Notes: a model not told the origin generated them from the sequence alone. Counted from the first letter of the whole stretch, positions 13,340 to 26,736 are shown. The stretch is DNA of 62,986 nucleotides, filler included, from Octopus bimaculoides (GCF_001194135.2; 6 parts of 6 records of this genome joined end to end with filler, not necessarily neighbours in it); one strand, 5' to 3'. Numbers and translations are program-made.

Positions 13340-14330
13340 ATTATGCTTGAATGAGTAGGATTGTAGTAGAGAGGGAGGTGGATTTATGCTAGGTATTGGC
13401 AGACAGAAGAGCAGACACAGATATTTTGCCATAGATGAGATACATGGCTATTCTGTATTTATTATGAGAGTGGGAATAGATGTAAAGAGGACAATGATAT
13501 TGGTGATGAGATGTCAGAATACACTCATGAGGTACAAGAAGGTGAGTATAAAAGAGAAATTACACAATCAAGAATAGTGGGTGGATGTGTTCATTAGAAA
13601 GTGACAGATGGTTAGAGATGGTTGTAGAAGTGAATATAGTGACTGGAATTAGGGTGGGGTGTGATTGATGGTAAATATCAGTATGGTAGTGGGTGGGGGG
13701 TTAAGTAAAAGAATAAGTGGCTTAGGAAGAAGGAGGTAATGTATGGTAGTGCAGACAGGGAGGAGAGCAGCACTATAACAAACCTTTTGGCAGATCAGAC
13801 AATATGGAGATTTAATTACAAAGAAATAAAGAAAAGGGCAAAAGATTAAGCAGCAGAAAATGGTGGTGGGAGGGAGTCCACCCCAGAACAAATGGAGCCA
13901 ATGTGTGGAAGGAGAGAGAGAGAGAGAGAGAGAGATGTGTACAATGAGATGAATGACAAAGATACATAGGGATGGCTGTAGTGAGTGGGAGAGACAGGTC
14001 GGGGAAGACTGTCAACAACAGATATGTCACAGTGATAAGAATGATAGCAGAAAAGAGAGGGAGTTAAGGATGAAATATGGCAGTCCTAAGATGTAGCTCA
14101 AGGAGAAAGAATAATAACTGGAGGCACAGAAAAAGGGGATTGGTGGTAAATAAGTAGAAAGGGATGATATTGAGAATGAGGGATGGATTGTAAAAGGAAG
14201 TGGTTCCAGGGATAAGGGAGGTAACTGGTAACACAATGGGGGCATGATCTGCAGACTCAGCTCTCATGATTGTAGTAGCTGAATACTGTCATAGAAGAGT
14301 GGAGGGATGAGAGGTAGGGGAACGCTTGGC
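13340..14330 (-). mobile_element. Degraded Penelope-like RT N-terminal relic
   Basis: FPDLSLPLTTAIPMYLCHSSHCTHL resembles the Penelope RT segment D-x-LQPLVxxLPSYIRDxxH. Confidence 0.4.
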
Positions 14331-14389
14331 AGGGACAGATTGAGTACAAGGGCAGGACCTAATGAATGTATAGACATAAGCACAATGTT

Positions 14390-16245
14390 TTAGGATCTCC
14401 CTTTCATCAAGACAGACTAGTCTTCTTGAGCATAGTCAATTGTCACTCATCTTGATCCTTTGTCATCTTTGTCAGGCACAACATCTTGAAATCAGCCTTC
14501 ACTACTTCATCCCTGGTCTCCCTTTTCCATACATTCCATCCATATTCAGTGATCAGCACTTCTTTATACATCTGTTCTCATCCATATACACCATATACAG
14601 TCTTTTGTCTTCACACATTTCATGCCTCATACCCAATTTTTCTTTCAACACATTTTCACTTTGTCATACATGCACCCTGATATTGCACATCCTCTTGAGC
14701 ATACTTGTTTTATTCCTTTCTAGTCTTTGCATGTTCTTGGTATTCAGGGAAAATGACTCACTACCATGTAGCACTACTGTTCATACACATGCATCATACC
14801 ATCTACCATTGAGAGAAAGACTTTTTGTTACTAACATTGATAACAGCCCTCTGAACTTTCTTCATCCTATTCTTATTCTAGCAACTATACTTCCAGAACA
14901 TCTTCCTCCACTGCTAAATTGGTAATCTAAGTAATAGAAACAATTTATTGCCTCTAGGGAACCTACTGGACATTCAAGATAATCTGTTTCTTGTGTGTTC
15001 TTTGTGTTTATTCTGTGCATCTGACACATGCAAAGTCTACTTCTGTATTAACTAACCTTCCTAACATTTCACTGCACCTCTTGTACATCTTTAGCTTGCA
15101 CTGGGTACGATGTATGAAATCTCCACCAATACCTTTCCTACATATCAAATGTGCTATTTCCTGATAATAGTAGAGTCCTGTCTATTTTCTTGCTAACTAA
15201 AACTTTGGGTTTTGCTAAGCTTTAAGGCTTTTTGATTCCAGGTTTTGCTTCCACACTTGGAATTTCATTTCTAATTCTACAACAGATTCTGGTATAAGAA
15301 TGAGGTCATTAGCATATCATAGTTATCAAGAGCAACCAGTTTTAAATCCCTGTGTTATAGCCTGGAGGACTATGATTACTAGGAAGGGACTGAGAACCAA
15401 ATCCTTGTGAACTCTACCTGCACACTAAATTCATTGCTGTATTTGTTGTCAACTTCTCACTTTAATGACAGCACCTTTGTACATTGCTTGAATGGTTCTC
15501 ACATGCCATTCATCTGTCTTAGCTGCCTCAAGGATCTCCAGATCACAGAGCTAGTGAAATGCTTTCTCCATGTTGACAACTGCCAAGTACAATAGCTTTT
15601 AGCTAAATACTTCTGCAGCTGTCTTACAAGGAAGAGAACTGATGCAAACTAAACACTTTATCTAACCCAGTTCTCTTCCTAGCTATATCTCTTTCCATAA
15701 CTTTCATGACCTGGTTCAGCAATTTGAAACTTTTGTAATTACTTCTGTCTAGAGGATCTTTATCCTTGTAACAATTGATCTGTCTGAAGTAACACCTTTC
15801 TGTACATCCCATTTAAATATATGAGTAAGTAGGCTGTATCCCACTCCCCCAGGTGTATTTTAAGATTCTTGATCGTAATTCTTGATTGATCATCAGCTTT
15901 CCCTGCCTTCATATCTTTAATTGCTTTGTCTATGAAATTGCTGTCAACTAGAATAGCTAGTTCTTCCATTTGGCCCAAATTGGGAATAACTTCTAACTCC
16001 CTTGCATTCTCCACATTTAACAGCTTATTTCTTTTCTGAATCACCAAGTGCAAGTGTACCATTATACATCTGCACACGCTTCTCACTCATAACATCTCAA
16101 TTCTCTTTAATACACTGTCTTACTATCTGAAACACCTTGTATCTCTGATCCTCATGCTGTAGAACATTGGCAAACTTCTTCCTTTCTGCTTTCCCCCTTG
16201 CTAGATGAAATTTTCTACATACATTTGTCTTAACATTCAGAGAGA
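14390..16245 (-). mobile_element. RTE LINE RT-region relic
   Basis: Encodes VDSNFIDKAIKDMKAGKA and KDPLDRSNYKSFKLLNQVMKVMER, homologous to 11760-12060. Confidence 0.8.
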
Positions 16246-17100
16246 AAGTGTATAATATTCCCAGGTTTATTTTAGTCTTTGTACTTTATAACAGATATAC
16301 TTAAAGACATACATAGATACATATATGTATGCATGTCTATACATGTTTGTATGCAAGCATATATGTATGTATGTTAAAAAAAAGGTATATATATATTTAT
16401 AATAATAAAACCAAAATTCTGTCTGTCTGTCTGGGATCCCTGTATTTCAGCCTACATTTACTCTACGTAGACATATTATACCATTTTGGAATCAGGATGA
16501 TCCTGGGATTGAAAATCTGCCATTCATTTGGTTCTTGAACATCCAGCATTGGGATCTGATTTAAAAGCATTTGGGTTGCTATTTCTAGCAGGCAAAGCTT
16601 GGCTGACTCATGCTATTTTGGTGGTGTTTGTCAAATGACAGCAGAGATCAAGGAGATAAATGACATTCGCTTCATTAATTTTACGTTGCCATAAGAACTT
16701 TGGGACAAATTGGTCAATAGTTGGAATTGAACTTAGGGCTAGATCAATGGAATGATCCGTCCTTAACCTCTGATCAAACACCACCGGAGCATATAGTCAT
16801 TATATATGTATTATAGGTCCCTTTAGTTTTGGATCACAGGCCCAATTAGCCCTCCACAAGAGCTAGCTTTAAAGTCTGCATGGAGTGCAGCTTTTAAGCT
16901 AGTAGATAATAAGAAGAGGGGAAAAAAGGTATTAAAAAATCCAGGCAGATATCAATAAAGCACTTAGTTTCAAAACAATTTGGTTAACTATATCCTACAG
17001 TGAGATACTAATAAATGCAAGTAGAAAAGGTAATTCCTCATGTATGACAAGTAGATCCAAATATCATTTAGAAGAATTCCAAGAAATTCAGAGTATTAGA

Positions 17101-17878
17101 CAACAAATATATGTATAGAGAAAATCACATCTTTAATTGTTGAATTCACCTTACAAAGCCAAGAATTGTTTCTATTCTGTTAAAATAGTTAGATATAGAA
17201 AATATCATTGAAATGAATATTTCTGAAGATGCATGTTAACACATTTTCTAGTCAATCCAAAATTAGTGAAATTCAAAGTGAACTAAGAAATATTTCCAGT
17301 ACAAATTTTTGGCAACATTTCACTGTAAAATTCCCATTAAAATTTAATAAAATTAATTTAGAAGTAATTATATAATACATTTCTTCAAGGTAGAGATCAC
17401 GTGTAGAATTGCTAATATTGTACAATGGTGCATAACTACTAATGGACCACTTCAAATCATACTTAATATTTCTATCTGAAATCCCAAATGCATTTACTAA
17501 GATTTGTAGATAACTAATTGCCGTGATGTAAAATTTCTGTTTCTAATTGTTGTAATCTTATGTTTATTTTGTTTATGTTTATTTGTATTCTTTATTTTGT
17601 ATTCTTATGTTTATTTTGTATTCTTTCGTTATCTGCTGTCACCAAAAGTTGAATACAAAAATAGATTTTCTAAGATTATATTTCTTTTTCATGTTCTTTT
17701 TGTATGTGTTTGTGTACTGGAAATTTAGCTAATTGAAAATGTGTTAACATGTATTTTCAGAAATATTAATTTCAATGATATGTTCTATATCCTAACTATT
17801 TTAACAGAATGGAAACAATTGTCAGCTTTGTAAGGTGAATTCTACAATTAAAGCTGTGATCTTCTCCATATGTATTTT

Positions 17879-17882
<4 letters not shown>
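17101..17882 (-). mobile_element. Penelope-like GIY-YIG C-terminal relic between ~145-bp inverted repeats
   Basis: Minus strand 17270-17480 reads DRNIKYDLKWSISSYAPLYNISNSTRDLYLEEMYYIITSK, like the PLE tail KWSII..A..YN...C.LCL.EK. 17101-17248 is the reverse complement of 17735-17882 at roughly 85-90% identity by eye. Confidence 0.65.
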
Positions 17883-17945
<63 letters not shown>

Positions 17946-19082
17946 CAGTGTATCACATACCTAAATAAGAAGCACACTCTAAAGCATAGAGCAGTAATTC
18001 TCCATTCATTGATTAGGTCTGAAAAGGTCCTTATGAGCTAAAAGCAACCTAAGGGCGAAATTCCCTGTTCCCTCATTTTTGACCCATATGGACTAGTCTA
18101 AGGGAGATAACCGTCCTTCCAGACCTGGATTGTTTATTCTTTGTTTACTTACTAATTAACTGACTGTAACAGATTCCTACCTCCCAGAGTTGAAGAATTA
18201 TATGCCTTTGGCTTTAGAGCCGGACAAGACGTCCATGGGGCTAAGTCCTTTATGGATGTGAAACCATTGGTCACTCTGTGACCGGACATATACTTAACTG
18301 TATATAAATATGTGTGTGTGAGAAAACTAATCACTGATCATATGAAAACTAAAGAGCCTAAGCTGTAGCAAATTTACCTTATAACAGTTCTTACTTGACG
18401 GTCCACTGTTAAACTTTCTTGGAGTTACATATGATCCATTAGCTATCAACTTCTTCCACTTTCCATCACTTCCTTCCATCTCATATGATTGTTCTGCTAC
18501 TCCTGTTTCTACATCTTTTGTATATCTGTTACTACATTGTCCAATGTCTCCTTCCTGTTTTTAATGTAGGGTGTGAATTGAAAGAAGCTTGGTTGGTATT
18601 TCTCAGATGTTCAGGGAACTGGTTGAGGCTCCATTTGTTGATTTGTGGTCATGCTAGTTGAACAAGAATGCTTCATTCAGTACATCCTTTGCTAATCTAA
18701 TATATATGTGTGTATGTGTATTGTATGTAGTTCAATAAATAGTATAACACTTGATCATTTATGAGAGTAAAGATATTATAATTGAGAAACATGCAAAAAG
18801 CCTTGTAAAATTCAGCTACCTAGTGTTTCTTGGTAAAATATTAAGTTTATTTCACTAATTTTCAAGTTGTGACAAATGAGCATGCTCTTTGTTTTTTTCA
18901 AAATATGCATGCTCATTCAAGCTTCAATTACATCAAACACAGTTACTAAACTGTCTTATTTACTTTACTAACTTGAAAAATGGCAAAATAAATTTAATAT
19001 TTAGACTAGGAAACCATGAGTAGCTAAAGTTCTCAGGGCTTTTTGTGTGTTTCTTAATTATAATACACACACACAGAAGTTA

Positions 19083-19122
<40 letters not shown>

Positions 19123-19171
19123 AACAGCGAGCAGTATCGTGCATTTCATGTCAGTGTGTCATATATTGCAG

Positions 19172-19278
19172 GTATTTGTACATGTATCGACAGCCTATGC
19201 AAATTGTGATCGGCCTTTCATTGAAGAAAATATCTATGAACCCTTTGTAGAACCCCAGAAGATAATTGATGCTTTGGA
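19172..19278 (+). CDS. FAR1: Fatty acyl-CoA reductase (FAR1-like) internal coding exon
   Basis: Acceptor atatattgcag|G, donor GGA|gtgagt. 107 nt = 35 codons+2: [35 protein letters not shown](E/D), with the FAR motif FxHVSTAY (FAR1: [36 protein letters not shown]). Paralog identity cannot be fixed from two exons. Confidence 0.93.
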
Positions 19279-20443
19279 GTGAGTATCCTGGAATTGTTTT
19301 GGAAAAATCTTTTTCAGCTTTTGACAAAATATTTTGAACCAAAAAGTAATATTCATGAAACAACAATAAGCTGATGTCATTTATGGATTTTGTCTACAAT
19401 ATAAATATTTTGGCTTCATCTTCACCATCATAATCTTCATCATCACTGTCATTGTTATCATTATCATCACCTTATTGTCTTCATTGTTATCATCATTAGT
19501 ATCATTATCATAGATAAAATGGTACAGGCATGAGGTGAAGTTATGAAGTGCTTGACTACTGACTATAAGTTCAATCATACATTACTATATCCACTGTGTT
19601 GGGTTATGATAAAGGCATGGGCTTATAGAATCCACCATGAAATATAAGCAATGATTTTTTAGTTGTAAATCTTTTTCTATTGTTTAAAGGTTTTGATATT
19701 TTTTCCTGTACATGAGGGTGTCATTTCAGTTTTTCACTTCTACTGGGCAAATAATAATAAATAAATGAGAAACATTTACTTCTGGATATGATACCAGCCT
19801 GTTGCAGTTATCTTTCCTATGAACAGAATTAACATCAGCACTGCTATTACTGCATGTAGCTTTGAGGGATTTTTGCTGTTTTATTTCCAGTTAGGAAGAC
19901 CAGTGTTAAGTGATTTAACCATGGACATACAGCACTATTGGTGATATAATATAGACTGTTAACCTCTCCTAGTGTTTTTGAGTATCATGATAACTGTGCA
20001 TTTCCATTTGTTCACCTGAATAATCATTAAAAGAAACCAAATCTGTGTGATGTGTTTCCTCTTTGCTCAGGATTTACAGCCTTAAAGTTTTAAGTATATT
20101 TGTATATTTGCCACTAAATTCTAAATTTTGTCTTTATTTACTATTCTTATAATTGTAAGGAATTTTAGTTGCAGGGATTTGTATATTGTTGTTCGAATTT
20201 GTTCCCAGAATATAATGATTCATATTTAATTTACTGGGGAAGGAGATATGAATGACGAAGTTGACAGTGGTGGGTTTTAAACTCTGAAGATATAGGAGAC
20301 AGAGCTAATTTTACTATAGAACATTTAAACTGGTGTTTTGCCATTTCTTCTAATGATAAAAATGATCTCTAAGTTGACCTTAAATTTGGTGGGTGGGAAG
20401 AGAGGATATAATTGAAGAAATTGATCCATGTAGTTGATTGGTA

Positions 20444-22469
20444 CGAGGTCTAATCAATAAGTATCTGGATTGTTGCCATAGTAATGAAGCTAAAGCATGC
20501 AGAGTGAAACTGCATGGCAGAAATTTGCCTTGACCTCTGCTGTGCATATGTTTAACGTTTTAGCTCACTTCCACTGTTTACAGCAGTGCTTGGAAGGAAG
20601 GTGTGTAGTGTATGATCATCGCATTGACCACGACAGAAAGTTGTCATGGTGATACCTTCGCAGAGGTCTATGCAAAGTTGCAGAAAGTGTATGGAGAGGA
20701 GTGTATGAGCCACACACAAGTGTACAAGTGGTTCAAATGTTTCCAAGATGGCCGTTCTGGGACGAACATTCTGGGAGACCTGCAACCAGCAGAATTGAGA
20801 AAGACATTGCAGATGTGCGTGCAGCTGTGAAGAGAAATCATTGAATTATTGGGTTGTCTGGAAAGTTTGTGCCGATTTTTAAAAGAAAGAGAAAGGTCAA
20901 TAAATACTTGCCATTACATTTTTAATCAACCAAATATGAACCATTTTGTTGCACAATGTGTCTCCATTTTTCCTTTAACTTGAAAATACCCTCTTCTCAG
21001 AATTAAGGTGGTTTCATGGCAAAGAATTCATCAAGGTGTCTTTTTACATCATCCAAGATATTGACATTTTTACCACTAAGACTATTCTGCAGAGATCTGA
21101 ATAAGTGGAAATCCGAAGGAGCAATATCTGGTGAATATGGAGGGTGGGGTAACACATCCCAGCCAAGCTGCAGCAATTTTTGTCTGGTTCCCAAAGAAAC
21201 GTGCGGTCTTGCATTATCATGTTGGAAAACAACACCCTTCCTGTTGGCCAATTCTGGATGTTTCTCTTGAATTGCTGCTTTTAACTCATCCAGTTGTGTG
21301 CAGTATTTCTCAGAATTAATTGTCTGGTTACTTGGGAGAAGCTCATAGTATAGAATTCCTTTCCAATCCCACCAGACATTTTAGGGTGAAACAAGAGTTT
21401 TNNNNNNNNNNNNNNNNNNNNNNNNNNNNNNNNNNNNNNNNNNNNNNNNNNNNNNNNNNNNNNNNNNNNNNNNNNNNNNNNNNNNNNNNNNNNNNNNNNN
21501 NNNNNNNNNNNNNNNNNNNNNNNNNNNNNNNNNNNNNNNNNNNNNNNNNNNNNNNNNNNNNNNNNNNNNNNNNNNNNNNNNNNNNNNNNNNNNNNNNNNN
21601 NNNNNNNNNNNNNNNNNNNNNNNNNNNNNNNNNNNNNNNNNNNNNNNNNNNNNNNNNNNNNNNNNNNNNNNNNNNNNNNNNNNNNNNNNNNNNNNNNNNN
21701 NNNNNNNNNNNNNNNNNNNNNNNGGGTTATTCTCAGTTAATGACTTGATTTGGTCATCATCTGTAGTGGATGGTCTGCCTGATCGCTCTTTATCAATAAG
21801 GCTACAATCTCCAGCTTGGAACCTTGCGAACCACTTCTGTACAGTTCTTTCGGATAAAGAAACATCACCGTAAACTGCGCATATTTCTTTGGTTGCTTGT
21901 GAGGTATTTTTCCCTTTACGGAAAAAGAAAAGCATCAAGTGCCGAAAATGAACTTTCTTATCTTCCATTTTAAAGGGTTACAGAATTAAAACCTTCTTCC
22001 ACGAAAAGATAGCTTAAACTGTGCTCTAAATGGTGGTGTAGTCAAATCCTATTTTATGGACTCAACCATGTTCTAAAATAAGTCGAAAGGTATGCTCCTA
22101 TAAATCGGCAAGAACTTTCTGGACAAGTCAATACGATCTGTAAGTTATCAGAGAAGGTGCAGATTAGTTATGGTTCAGTTCAGTCCATTATCACTGAAGA
22201 TTTGGATATGAGATGCATGTCTGTAAAGTTTGTGCCAAAACTGCTTTCAGCTGACCAAACAACATTCTGGTTTCAGTTGCACAAGATCTCCTTGATTGTG
22301 TTGAGAACAATGAAAACTTTTTGAAAACTTTGCGTAGGCCTCTGAGTAGGTATTGCCAAGCTTTTGGCAAAATTTGATGGAGATTCTCTGCTCAACTTTC
22401 TCTGTCGTGGTCAATGTGACAATCACACCCTACACACCTTTGTTCCAAACACTGCTATAAACAGCAGTA
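20444..22469 (+). mobile_element. Non-autonomous mariner derivative with a long internal inversion, split by a nested mariner
   Basis: Begins TA|cgaggtctaatcaataag. N-terminal transposase (KVYGEECMSHTQVYKWFKCFQDGR) continues after the insert (ISYGSVQSIITEDLDMRCMSVKFVPKLL). 22316-22469 is an inverted copy of ~20571-20690. Confidence 0.75.
20849..22131 (-). mobile_element. Full-length mariner (DD34D) with TIRs and TA duplication; middle in an N gap
   Basis: TIRs ttgggttgtctggaaagtttgtgccgattt / aaatcggcaagaactttctggacaagtcaa; TA at 20847-20848 and 22132-22133. ORF from 21968 (MEDKKVHFRHLMLFFFRKGKN...) with C-terminal HDNARPH and HPPYSPDIAPSDFHLFRSLQ. Confidence 0.93.
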
Positions 22470-23459
22470 TTTATTATATTGATTTTAGATGAAAAGACGA
22501 GTGGTAAAGATGTGACTAAATGCTTCAAAGCAAAATGTCTAGTGTCCTACTGTGTCTGTACTATGACAATAACACTAATGACATTAACTGTTTTTAATTT
22601 AGGCACAAAGCCAGCAATTTTGAAGTGGGGTTTAGTTTGTTACATCAACTCCAATACTTAACTGGTAATTTGTTTTATCGACCCTTAAAGGATGAAAGGC
22701 AAAATTGACGTTAATGGGATATGAACACAGAACATAAAGAGCTGAACAAATACCATATGACATTTTGTCTGATGGTCTAATGATTTTACTATGAGTATAG
22801 TCAAATCTAGTACTATTACTTAGATTATTGATCCATTGATTCCTCCCCACAGAGTGATGAAAAGCCAAGTCAAGATTTGAACTCAGAATGTAAAGTGCTG
22901 TAACTATATACTGCAAAACATTTATCCCATACACTGCAGTTTCTGCTCCTCTATCAGCATTAATAACAATATTTATCTTGACTTAAGCACAAGGTTACAA
23001 ATTTTGAAATAAGGTGTGTCATTGATTAAATTGATCCTAGAACTTCCTGGTATTTACTGTATCAAACCCTGAAGTCAACCTTTGTAACATTTTAAGCTGA
23101 GAATACAACAAAACAGAAATATATGCCACAAGGCATTGTTTGGCACTTGACTAGTTTTACTATCAACTACTCTTTATATTATATTAGCAACAATAACCAG
23201 CTTGTCAACATAACAACAGTATAACTTGAAACTTGTTTGTTATTTTCTTGAAATTTCATATGTAGGCTTTTTTACAAACCTTGTGGAACATGTCAATGTA
23301 AAGTAATGTGTGTTAACCACAAAATATGTATTTCATTGTATTATCAGTTCACAGATAAATCCCATAGATATGTTCAATGAATTTCAAAATTTGTAAATAC
23401 AGTTTATACATATAATTTAAATAATATATATCTATATATACGTATGTATGTATGTATTG

Positions 23460-23680
23460 GTGCCAGCGTGGTTGTGTGGTAAGAAGCTTGCTTTCGTTTG
23501 TCTGTCTTTGTTTGTCCCCTCTATGTAACGCTGTATGACGAATTTTTATGAAATAAAGAAGCTTGCTTCCCAACCACATGGTTCCAAGTTCAATCCCACT
23601 TGTGGCACTTCTACCAGAGCCTTGTGAGTGGATTTGGTAGACAGAAACTGCAAGAAGCCCATATATGTATGTGTGCGTGT
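23460..23680 (+). mobile_element. SINE family 1 copy, CpG-decayed
   Basis: gtggttgtgtggtaagaagcttgc...ttccaagttcaatcccact...gccttgtgagtggatttggtagacagaaactgcaagaagccc. Confidence 0.75.
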
Positions 23681-23689
23681 GTATGGTCT

Positions 23690-25830
23690 TCGTCTTTTCA
23701 ACTCTTTCTCCTTCCCTCCTGGCCCTATAAACTTCTCTTCACTCTTGATATCAAGAGTCTAGATACGGTAATCCCACACAACGAAGGACTTCTTGCCCTC
23801 AAACACTTCCTAGACTTTTGACCCAACCTCCAACCTGACATGTCCACACTTCTTCGTCTGTCCAAATTTATTCTCTTCCTCAACTGCTTCTCATTCATGG
23901 AGGAGTTTTACCAACAGGTCTCAGGAGTGGCAATGAGAACGAGAATGGGCCCCAACTATGTGAACCTGTTCGTTGGCTACGTTGAGGCCCAAATATTTTC
24001 AAGATTCACTGATCCCACTCTCGAACTATATAGTTGTTATATTGATGACTGTATTGGTGTGACCTTGCTCTCCCATGACCAACTAGACTCTTTCCTCTCT
24101 TTTGTCTAATTCTTCCATCCTGCCCTTGAATTCTCCTGTACCATTTCCAACATTTCCATTGCCTTTCTCGACATTTTGATCAACATACACAATCCCGCTT
24201 TCACTACCTCCATCCACTACAAACATACTGACTCACACTCATACCTCAACTTCTCCTCCTCTCAACCTACCGACACCAAGCTCTCCATCCCCTACTTCCA
24301 ATTCCTCCATCTACGCAGGCTCTGCAGTGACAACCATGACTTTGAGACTCGGTCTAAATTCATGGCTTGCCACTTCATCCTTCGTGGATATCCCTTCACC
24401 ACTATCCACACTGCCCTTGCCAGAGCACGTTCTGCAGACTGTTCCTCTGCTCTCTCCTCACACCCGCTCTGCCTTTGCCCGTCTCTCGTTTCCCCTCACC
24501 TACCACCACTCCAACGCACAATTCTCCTAGCCTTCCGGTGACTCCAGTCCGACCCCCTCCACTTCACACATGTTCCCCAACCTACCCCTTCCTTCCTTCA
24601 AACAAACCTGCAACCTATGTGACCTGGTCTACAGTTTCTTCCCTAACACCACCTCCCAACCTGGCTCATTCACCTGCTCCTGCCCACTCTGTCACACTTG
24701 CCACTACCTCTTCAAAACCACCATCCTCACAGGCGCTCATCATCATCCCTATCATATCACTGACTCCTTTACCTGCACTTCTGGCAACGTCATTTACTGC
24801 ATCTCCTGCTGTACATTGGTCAAACGGGATGCTGCTTGGCTGACCAGTTCGTAGAGCATCTCTGAGACATTAAACCCAGCAATGACATCCTGGTCTCACA
24901 CCATTTCCACTCCACCGGTCATTCATTACAACACCTATCTATGTTCGGATTGTCTTTGCACAGGGGCAATCCGGACTCCTGCCTTTGCCTTGAAGAGGAA
25001 TTAATCTTCTCTCTTTGCTTCTTTGCACCACATGGGCTCAACTCCCCTCCCTCTTCATCTTACTCCCCTCCCTCTTCATCTGACTCCCCTCCCTCTTCAT
25101 CTGACTCCCCTCCCTCTTCATCTNNNNNNNNNNNNNNNNNNNNNNNNNNNNNNNNNNNNNNNNNNNNNNNNNNNNNNNNNNNNNNNNNNNNNNNNNNNNN
25201 NNNNNNNNNNNNNNNNNNNNNNNNNNNNNNNNNNNNNNNNNNNNNNNNNNNNNNNNNNNNNNNNNNNNNNNNNNNNNNNNNNNNNNNNNNNNNNNNNNNN
25301 NNNNNNNNNNNNNNNNNNNNNNNNNNNNNNNNNNNNNNNNNNNNGTCCTCACTCCACCCCACATCCCAACCCCAACCCCACACCCCACCCTCATCCCCAC
25401 AGTCCAACACTGCCACACCATACCACACACGACATCACACCACACACGACATCACACTACACACATCACACCACACACAACATCCCACCACCCCACACCA
25501 TCATCCACACACCCACATATTACAGACTCAGATACTTATGCACAAATCCACACGTCAAAGTCACCAGCCCATATCCACATGCACACACACATGCACCTTT
25601 GTTTTGAGATCACCAGTATTTTATTATCTCCCTTTCTTCCGTTGTCTAACTACCTTTGTCCAACCAGTCACCTTGTTTGACCGCTAACACCACAAATTTT
25701 TTTATTCACTTTCTGTTTATTTTCTTGTGTTCCTTTCTGTTGAAGAGAGTGTAGGCGAGAAATGTAAAAGACTTTCTCACCTTCCCAAGCGTTAAACTAA
25801 TACACCTGTCTGTTGTTTATACACCTGTCT
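23690..25830 (+). mobile_element. Penelope-like element, 5'-truncated (RT, GIY-YIG, terminal repeat)
   Basis: RT motifs LFTLDIKSL, GVAMRTRMGPNYVNLFVGYVE and CYIDDC; thumb HYKHTDSHSYL...SIPYFQFLHLRRLCS; GIY-YIG TCTSGNVIYCISC plus frameshifted YIGQTG...EHL*DIK. The 3' terminal repeat (ttgaagagagtgtaggcgagaaatg...taatacacctg) has a minus-strand relative at ~46000-46130. Confidence 0.88.
25041..25123 (+). repeat. 21-bp minisatellite, at least 4 copies, running into a gap
   Basis: Unit actcccctccctcttcatct(g/t), starting at the end of the Penelope coding region. Confidence 0.9.
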
Positions 25831-25832
25831 TC

Positions 25833-25870
<38 letters not shown>

Positions 25871-26547
25871 ATATATATATACACACACATGTGTGTGTGT
25901 GTGTCTGTGTTTGTCCTCCTACTTGACAACTGGTGCTGGTGTCTTTGTCCTCTGTAGCATAGTGGTTCAACAAAAGAGACCAGTTGAATAAGTACTAGGT
26001 TTAGAAAGAATAAGGCATGGGGTCTGCCAGATCAGATTGGTGCCTGGTGCAGCCATCCGGTTCACCAGTCCTCAGTCAAATCATCCAACCCATGCTAGCA
26101 TGGAAAGCAGACGTTAAACGATGATGATGATGATGAGGTATATATTTATATGTATATATTTATATATATATATTTATATGTGTGTGTATATATATATATT
26201 TATATGTATACATATATATCATCATCACCGTTTAATGCCTGCTTTCCATGCTGGCGTAGGTTGGATGCTTTGATGAGAACTGGTGAGCCAGAGGCTGCAC
26301 CAAGCTCAATCTGATCTGGCAAAGTTTCTACAGCTGGATGCCCTTCCTAATGCCAATCACTCCATGAGTGTAGTGGGTACTTTTTATATGCTACCGGCAT
26401 GAGGGCCAGTTAGACGGTTCTGGCGGAGCCAGTCCAGCGGCACTGGCAACAACCACACTTGAATGTTGTATTTCACGTGCCACCAGTACATGCGCCAAAT
26501 AAGGCGATGCTGGCAACGATCACATTGGGATATGCTTCTTTTAACGT

Positions 26548-26590
<43 letters not shown>

Positions 26591-26633
26591 ATATAAATAT
26601 GTATATATATAGATATGTATATATGTATTTATA

Positions 26634-26686
<53 letters not shown>

Positions 26687-26736
26687 ATATATATATATAT
26701 ATGTGTGTGTGTATATATATATATATATGTGTGTGT

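Noticed and set aside
17273-17480. Minus-strand ORF first read as a host exon
   Set aside because: Matches the Penelope-like GIY-YIG C-terminal pattern also seen at 55450-55860.
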